DNA from: Octopus vulgaris
Taxonomy: Eukaryota
DNA: 64,000 nucleotides
Direction of reading: 5' to 3'
Assembly: GCA_951406725.2 (NCBI GenBank)
Contig: OX597822.1
Coordinates: 66,960,001-67,024,000, forward strand
Shown: positions 55,410-64,000 of the stretch, piece after piece
Layout of the letters: the number at the start of each line of letters is the position of its first letter
Position numbering within the stretch: the first letter of the stretch is position 1
Notes under the pieces: generated by a model
The model's database searches: none
Seen by the model: the letters and a program-made list of their open reading frames with translations, nothing else
What the model was told of the DNA's origin: nothing
Made by a program: the position numbers and the translations under genes

Positions 55410-56255
55410 AATTGGTAGAATTTTTAGTATGCCGGGTAAGATCCTTAACCGCATTAAATTATGAGTTCAAATTCCACCGTGGTCGAATAAGTACTAGGTA
55501 CGCACTGGGGTCGATGTAATCGACTGGCTTCTCCCTAAAAATGTCAGGCCTTATGCCTATTGTACAAAGGGTTATATTCTGAATTCAAATTTAGCAGAGG
55601 TCAACTTTGACATCAAATCGTAAACGATAAAATAAGTAACAGCAGAGTACTGGGGTCGATGTAATCAACTTGGCTCCTTCTGCTTATCAAAACAATTAGG
55701 CATTTCGTCTGTCTCTACCATCTGAGATCAGTTTTCGTCAAGGTCGACTTTACACCTTTATTCTTTTACTTGTTTCAGTCATATGACTGTGGCCATGCTG
55801 GAGCACCGTATTTACTCGAGCAAACTGACCCCAGGGCTTATTCTTTGTAAACCTAGTACTTATTCTATCGGTCTCTTTTGCTGAACCGCTAAGTTACGTG
55901 GACGTAAATACACCAGCATCGGTTGTCAAGCGATGTTGGTGGGGGGTAGCAAACACAGACACACAAACACACACACGTATATATACATATATAAGACTCG
56001 CTTCTTTCAGTTTCCGTCTACAAATCCACTCACAAGGCTTTGGTCGGCTCGAAGCTATAGCAGAAGACACTTGTTTGGCCAAGGTGCCACACAGCGGGAC
56101 TGAACCCGGAACCATGTGGTCCGCAAGTAAGCCACTTACCGCACAGCCACTCCTACGCAGCCACTCCTTTGCCTTTCATTATTTCGTGGTCGATAAAATA
56201 AGTACCACATCCCTGAAATTGCTGGCCTTGAGCCAAAAATTTGAAACCAATATAT
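55410..56255 (+). mobile_element. Diverged SINE family B multimer containing a nested family A copy
   Basis: The B core breaks at GTCGACTTT (about 55751) and resumes at CTTTGCCTTTCATT (about 56167). Confidence 0.75.
55755..56160 (-). mobile_element. SINE family A, full length (nested)
   Basis: Colinear with the other copies. Confidence 0.92.
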
Positions 56256-56849
56256 AACTAGGTTTTTATCTGTATTGAATAGACTGGCGTATTTTCATAA
56301 ATCTGTGTTGTGGATCGTTTGTTTGGATTAATGTCCATCAGTTACCATGGATAAGAAAAGTTGTGTTCTTATGGTAACATCCATTGTTCGAAAGAATGCA
56401 AATATTGTAGATATAACAATGAACATTTCCAATTAAAAGAAACGATTCACAAAGTAGTTCAGGAGTGTAAGCACACATTTTTCATAATTTTAATTATATG
56501 AGGTCGGCTTTAAAAGGATATAGAATGTAGAAAATAAAAATTGCCTTGTTAAAATTTTATCAAAATTCTTAAGGTTATTGTAGTTATATATAATAGGGTA
56601 TTGTGTTAGTGCAATAGTGGTAACATAAATGCAGTCTATCTTTCAGTACACACTCACACACACACACACACACACACGCACACATACACACACATCAACA
56701 TGCACGCCCGCACGGAACACAGCTTTTATAAGAAAGAGTATTCGACAAATTATGGTGTGTGTGCAGTTGAGCTTTCATTCCTGAAAAGGTATCCGATGTC
56801 GTCCTGCCTTTATAATCCGAAATGTGTAATGAGATGTGCTTGTTTTCCT

Positions 56850-57198
56850 CTCTTTTATTCTTTTACTTGTTTCAGACTGCGGCCATGCTGGAGTACCGCA
56901 TTTAGTCGAGCAAATTGGCCCCAGGACTTATTCTTTGCAAGCCTAGCACTTATTCTATCGATATCTTTTGCCGAACCGCTAGGTTACGGGGACGTAAACA
57001 CACCAGCATCGGTTGTCAAACAAACACACACACATACATATATACATATACATATATACGACGGGCTTCTTTCAGTTTCCCCTCTACCAAATCTACTCAC
57101 ATGGCTTTGGTTGGCCCGAGGCTATAGTAGAAAATACTTTCCCAAGGTGCCACGCAGTGGGACTAAACATAGAAGCATGTGATTGGCAAGCAAGCTAC
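56850..57198 (-). mobile_element. SINE family A
   Basis: Colinear with the other copies; extreme 5' end missing. Confidence 0.9.
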
Positions 57199-57539
57199 TT
57201 TATTTCATTAAGATTTGCAATAAAGGCATTACAAACAGTAGCTTGCGGGCTGGGCACAAACATTGATGAGGTGAATGATGAAACAAGGATGATATTGATG
57301 GGAGAAGACAAGAAACGCCCGCCGATTTTCTGCTTCTCTAAAACATTAATATTTTTCCAACAGAAAAAACAAAACGAGGTATGGAAAGTATCACCAATTC
57401 TGCCATGGTCCACTTTGTCTTTCATCCTTTCGAGATCGATAAAATAAGAACCACATGAGCACTGGGGCCGCTGAATTTGGCTTATCCACTCCATCGCACT
57501 TGCTAGCCTTATGCCAAAATTTTAAACCAGCATCGCCTC

Positions 57540-57705
57540 ACAACCGATGCTGGTGTGTTTACGTCCCCGTAACCTAGCGGTTCGGCAAAAGCTATCGATA
57601 GAATAAGTGCTAGGCTTGCAAAGAATAAGTCCTGGTGTCGATTTGCTCGACTAAAGGCGGTGCTCCAGCATGGCCGCAGTCAAATGACTGAAACAAGTAA
57701 AAGAG
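57540..57705 (+). mobile_element. SINE family A 3' half, inverted relative to 56850-57198
   Basis: ACAACCGATGCTGGTGTG...GAAACAAGTAAAAGAG. Confidence 0.9.
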
Positions 57706-57719
57706 AGCGAAAGAGAAAG

Positions 57720-58320
57720 TACTTTTCTTCAAGATTTTCTTTGATAAAGAATTGAATTCTTTGATGCTTAGATCACTGGTGAGGTTGGATTTTCCCACTT
57801 ATCTTAGAATACAAGGAATAAAACCATCATCAATTCTGCAGCGGTCCATAAATAGATTATCACCATGTTTCTACTAGGATCATTAAGTATTTTCCTTAGA
57901 GGTGTTACCTTTCCTCGAGCCAGATATTGTTTAAAATCTTGCTCTACAAGCCTTCTTCTCCTTTCTGTTAAAGGTAGCTTCTAGTTACTTGAACGCCACG
58001 GATCGACGTCTAGAATTCATTAAATGTTCTGCGAGTAATTTTTAGACCCTACTTCTGCCTTCCACCCGATGTGTTTTGTGAAAAATAGTTCTTCTACTTA
58101 GATAATCCACTGTGCGGGAGTCATCACCATGGAACCATTTCCTGGTGCTTCACTGTTTCTTGTTGGAGAACATCAAAAGAGACAGAATAGATTGTATCTG
58201 AAATATTTCCTACAAGTTTTGATATAGATTGCGAACTCAGCTGATTCATGAACGTCTTGAAGGTTCTCGGTGCTTTTTCTTGCAAGCGCTGGATCAAAGG
58301 AACGGAATGGTTTATCAGTT
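57720..58320 (-). pseudogene. Possible PLE RT N-terminal remnant
   Basis: Weak translation: GNGSMVMTP (like KGL.F.PTP), IGWKAE (like LRWK.FF) and LRKILNDPS..VII (like L.ND.SIVI..ADKG), in the expected order. Confidence 0.3.
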
Positions 58321-58442
58321 TACAGATATGTGCCTACATATTTACATACACATATTCATACATGAACACACGACGTCACACACAAATGCATATATATACA
58401 CACATATATATTTATATACATATATATATACATATATACAAT

Positions 58443-58491
<49 letters not shown>

Positions 58492-58767
58492 GTATATACA
58501 TATGTATATATAAAGAGTTAGATAGGTACACACTTACATACAGATACGCAGATATATTTATGTGTATCTACTGCAGGGACGTTTAATATCATATGGAATT
58601 CTGAAAGAAACCAAGTGTATCATACACACATGTTTGCACATACATAGACCCATACGAATACACACAACCCATACAAATACACACATAGATATGTGCAAGA
58701 CTCTAACCCCGGTGATACAAGGTTTAACGGTTAGCATGTTGCACTCCTTAAATATATATATATATAC

Positions 58768-58979
58768 ATATAATTCCTCGCCCACCACATAACGCGGTTT
58801 GTTATTTCAGCTTACTTCGAATCCTTGTGGTATTACTTTGAATTTATAATAATATATATATATATACAAAATATAAAAAGTGATTTTTAAAATATACAGT
58901 ACTGTTTCTGCTTCGCGGTTTTTCACATATCACGGAGTGTTTTGGAGCGCAACACCTGCGATAGTTAAGGGATTACTGT
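58768..58979. mobile_element. Tigger/pogo-like MITE
   Basis: Right end CTGCGATAGTTAAGGGATTACTG-TA; decayed left end ATAATTCCTCGCC..ATAACGCGGTT. Confidence 0.55.
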
Positions 58980-59013
58980 ATATACATAGATAGATAGATA
59001 GATAGATAGATAT

Positions 59014-59060
<47 letters not shown>

Positions 59061-59078
59061 CATACATACATACATACA

Positions 59079-59148
<70 letters not shown>

Positions 59149-59448
59149 CGCACATACAAACGTGTGCGTGGGTGGGTGTCTTTGTGTGTGTGTGTGCGTG
59201 TCTGTGTGTGCATACGCGCCCATACACACACACACACATGAAGATACAGAACGTTCGATTACGCGCATTTGTATTGTGTACCGTATTGTATTTCAGATGT
59301 ATATATATATTTTTTTTTTTTAATAGTAAATGATACATACGAAATACACAGAGCACTCACATAGAAGCCCATCCATGTTTTTTTTCTTTGATTTTTGTAT
59401 ATCTATATATAGTACTTATTTATATATAGTACGTGTTTATATATAGTA

Positions 59449-59497
<49 letters not shown>

Positions 59498-60270
59498 TAC
59501 GTATTTATCAGATTCACTGGTGATGATAAATAAATCCAATTGCATGACCTTTCAACGATATCCGAAAACGGTTGATCAGTCCCATTGAATGAGGGCGAAA
59601 ATCGACTATCACCACTTTAGATTCATACTAGAGGGAGGAAGTATATGTAATCGGCTCTTTTAAGTTTTCAAACAGCAGCCCAAGGCGGTCTGACAATTCT
59701 GAATACAACAGACAAAGAAGAGATTGTACACACAGTAATACATACATATGTTGGTACATATATACATTTATACATACATGCATACATGCATGCACTTATA
59801 CATTTATACATGCATACACACACAGATATATATTGTGTATGCATATATTTATATAAGCATGTGTGTGTGTATTTATGTATGCATACATACATATATGAAT
59901 GTAAATATATATATATATATACACATATATATATACATATGTAAATATATATACATACATCTATATACATATATATTTATATATATATATATATGTATAT
60001 ATATGTATATATACACATATGCAAATATATATACATACATCTATATACATATATATATATATACACACATTTATATATATATAATATACATACATATATA
60101 TATGTGTATACATATATATATATATATATGTATATGCATGTATATATACATGTAGATGTAGGTACGTACATATATGTATGTATGTATGCATATATTTTAT
60201 TTATTACATTATTGTATGTCTGAGCGCCCTCGCGTCGTTTCGTTTCGTTTCTTTCCTTTCTCCCGGTATG

Positions 60271-60323
<53 letters not shown>

Positions 60324-60834
60324 GCGTTCACACACACAGGTATATGTTTGTGTGTGCCTGTGAGTGTATGTGCGTGCGTGCATGTGTGTGTACGCGTGTG
60401 TGAGTGTGTGTGCGTATGAGTGTGTGCGTGTGAGTGTTCGTGCGTGGGTGTATATGCGTGTGTGAGTGTGTGTGCGTATGAGTGTGTGTGTGATCAGTAA
60501 GTTCTATCCCTTCTCTCTCGTTTGAGTATCTCTTAGACCGCCAGAAGCTGTCCTCTGGAAAGAATGTGATTAATGTACAGTATTCCTATTACCCATACAT
60601 TCAAAGAATCATTCCTAATTGGTTAAGAGGTGAATATTTCCTCACTTTAATTCACATCTGTTGCTTACAATTATGTTATCATTCGATTCCGATTTTGCTT
60701 ATCACCACAACTCTACATAACAAACGCTGCGAAACTATTAGACACCACAGTATTACATTCAATCTATTCTCACTGCTCTTCCCAATACAAAATCGGGAGA
60801 GAAGTCGCTGACAATTAGTAAGTACTCTGAATAA

Positions 60835-61214
60835 TCTCTCTCTATATAAACGGCAGTTTGTCTGTGCGTTTTCTGTGTGTCTGTTTTCTCGTACCCTCAC
60901 CCTGACCACGGCTTTCAACCGATTCTGATGAAACTTGACACACACATGGCCCAATGTCATAATTCAAAACTAACGCAGCGAAAATTTTGAAAAGTTCCCC
61001 CAGTTCTGAAAAAAATCGATAAATTCGACATGGGGTCGAGAATCAGGAACCCAAACCACAGACCGTGTAGGGGACGCAACTCCACCATTTTTAACTCAAA
61101 AAAAATTTACCATAATTTTTTCCATTTTTTTGCTATTTTTTGGCTATAACTCTCTAAAAATGCTTTATAGTTATTTCCCTTACAAACCTGAGCAACGCCG
61201 GGCGATACTGCTAG
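60835..61214 (+). mobile_element. Complete non-autonomous Helitron (380 bp)
   Basis: 5' TC terminus after A (60834), subterminal GC hairpin CCTGAGC-AAC-GCCGGG, 3' CTAG followed by T (61215), no TSD. These are the canonical Helitron hallmarks. Confidence 0.88.
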
Positions 61215-61944
61215 TATCATATAAGCAAGCTTATATTTAAAAGTTTTAATAAAAGAAATAGCTTTAAATATTTCAACCGGTTAATTTTCTCTAAGACATC
61301 TCCTCTAATACCAGATACGTATTCAGCAATAACACCCGTGCGTTTATAACAGATGTAGTGAGACAGCATATCTAATCATTCACGCCAAACAGTTTGGGGA
61401 GATGCGGGAAGTTTATAGATGCTCAGCTTCCATTTAGTTTTTAACATAGGGAGCTAAACCTAAGAAATGTAAGTATTTGTAGCAGTTCCTTCTTTCCAGT
61501 GAATCATTCTCAACAGGTTTCCATACCTAACATATTTTCTAAGCTGGTTTTGCTATCCTCAAAAGGCCTCACATGCTTAAGCGTAATTAGTGGTCGTTAC
61601 GTCAATCGGCATTGTTTTGGCCACAAAACATTCCCTGAGAAGCATAATGCGTCTGCTTCAGATTTATCAATATGTAGATAATTTTGGTTTCAAACATGTC
61701 CTACATCGCTGCCAAGGCCCCCGTCTGTCTGCATAGTAGACACCCATCTTTTCCTTCGCATAACGGTGGGTATTCAAACTATTGTCAATGCCGCCCCTAA
61801 CAATAATATCCCAGTTCTCCTCACAATTCACACAAAATAGCAACCAATTGCGATCCATGATTTAGAATTCGCCTCCTTCTATATGTGTGTACTTGTGTAT
61901 ATGTGCGTGCGCGCAGAATATACATATATATGCATGCATGTATA

Positions 61945-62137
61945 GAGATAGATAGATACATACATACATACATGAATACATACAAGACAGACAGACAAAC
62001 AGACAGACAAACAGACAGATAGCTAGATAGAGAGATAGATAGATAGAGAGATAGATAGATACATACATACATATAAACATACATACATATATACATACAT
62101 ACGTACATACATAGACAGACAGATAGCTAGATAGTTG

Positions 62138-62228
<91 letters not shown>

Positions 62229-62275
62229 TCATAGATAGATACATAGGTAGATACATAGGTAGATAGGTAGATAGA
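61945..62275. repeat. Compound (TAGA)/(TACA)/(CAGA) tetranucleotide array
   Basis: Read directly from the sequence. Confidence 0.95.
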
Positions 62276-64000
62276 ATGATATAATGATATAGGTATAAAA
62301 TAAGGATATATAGATATGTTTTTGTGCGCGTGTGTGTGCAGATATATATATATGTGTGTGTGCGTGCGTGTTTGTGTATACACATGCGTGTGTTAATACA
62401 TATATACATGTATGTGTATGAGTGTACGTACGTGCACGCGTGTTTGTGAGTGTGTGTGTGTGTGTTTGTCTTTGTCTGTGTGTACATGTAAAGTGTCATG
62501 TTAACCATGTAGAGACTATCAAAAAGTTATCAGACACACTGACTGGAATATCGGCAGGTAGTTATTTAGACAGACACGTTCAGTTGTTACTCCTGACTAC
62601 GTTTTCCCCGCCTGTTGAATGTAATTTCCGTTTCGAATCATGTCGTATCTACCAGAGCAGGAATGGGTGAAGAGACGAATAATTGAAGAATGAAAACAGG
62701 ATAAAAGACTTAATCTCGAAGAAAGAATGAAAGAAAATTGTAAGAAATGTTCTCTTTAAAAAGAATAAAAACGAAAGAGACTTGATAGGAAAAATGAAGA
62801 AAAGATATGAAGGAAAATAAAATGAAACTAAGCAGTAAAACGGTAAAATTATTGCAAGAAAGAAAAGCGGCAAAAAATAAGAGCACGGAAATTGTAGAAA
62901 TATATAGGAGAATACATAAAAATACGAGATATTGAAATATAATGAATTCACAAAGAGAAAGAGAAAGTAGAAAATGTTTAATCCCACATTGAAAATGAAA
63001 AAATTAACCACGATCAAATATAAAAACATGTGCATACAAACCACAAAAAATTAACAGCGTAAACTTGAGGAAAGAATAATATAGAACTTCATAAAGAAAA
63101 TAACGATGAGGAGTAGCTAAATATAGTACGATAAAGTGACAGAAAAAATATGGCAAGAAATGTGAGGAAATTCTTAGAAAAACATCAATAAACGAAGAAT
63201 TAACGAAAAAGAATATTAACAGCTGATAATCTTTTTTTTTTTTTTCAAGAATTGAATGAAACACATCGTATTAGTAGACAGAGACAATGAAAGGAGCGAA
63301 ATGGGCGAAATAATTTGAGAATTGTATTGCATTGAGATTTCAATGTCGTTGCAAGAATAAAGCGAGTTTGTATCTGATGAGCAATTTGAATGAGAAAAGG
63401 CGCAATCCTGAATAGGTAGACTGAGAAAGGATCGTCCATCTTTGAATAGTTGAAAGAAGACACACGCGTGTGTATAGAGCCTTTCGTATGCCTTTATGCA
63501 TTATAGTGTAGTAGATGATGTGAGATGGAAAGCGGGGTGGGGGGATTGTGATGTTGAGAAAAGCAGAGTAGTTCTGTGAAAATATAAAAAAAAGGTGGTG
63601 AGGTAAAATTTACATGGATTGGACTAGCAACAAGAACAAATGCAACAATCATCTTAAGAACAGCAACATTGACAAAAAAAAATATGAACAATACAACAAT
63701 TTCAACAACACGAATTAATAAATAAAACAGCAACAACTGCAACAATATTAGAAACGGCATCAAATGAAGTAATAACTATAAAATAGAGGGGGTTGATTGG
63801 GGACTGGAGTAATATGGCGTCAGAAGTAGGAGACGTATTGAGCAAGGGGAGAAGGAAGAGGATAATTTTAAGAAACGGCTGGAAAAGACGCAGGAGAATG
63901 AGGCGTTTGTAGTTGGTGGAAATGATGAGGACGGGGTGGAGGCGGTTGGGAAACGAGAAAGAGAAGGATAAAGGGAATGAGGGAAAGCGGGAGAAGGAGG

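Noticed and set aside
63806-64000. Purine-rich ATG-initiated stretch as a gene start
   Set aside because: In-frame stop after about 19 codons and low-complexity GA-rich DNA.

Overview
Repeat-dominated, AT-rich animal DNA (intergenic or intronic), most likely from an octopus. That assignment rests on the tRNA-derived SINE families, which resemble the octopod OK/OR types, and on the very dense TA/CA/TAGA/TACA/AAT microsatellites. No host protein-coding gene can be supported; most long ORFs in the track are microsatellite read-through. Recognisable content: three or more tRNA-SINE families, Penelope-like element (PLE) pieces (a GIY-YIG end, an RT remnant, an ORF N-terminus), R4/Dong RLE retrotransposons in (TAA)n, CR1-type LINE remnants, three mariner relics, Tigger-like MITEs and a complete non-autonomous Helitron. 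The main unexplained signal is RNA-structural: a dozen or more type-I hammerhead-ribozyme (HHR) motifs, intact to degenerate, in several unrelated short repeat families. They include a 687-nt HHR-to-HHR unit resembling a retrozyme and a tRNA-headed element ending in an HHR. All calls were made by eye, and repeat boundaries are approximate (about 10-30 bp).
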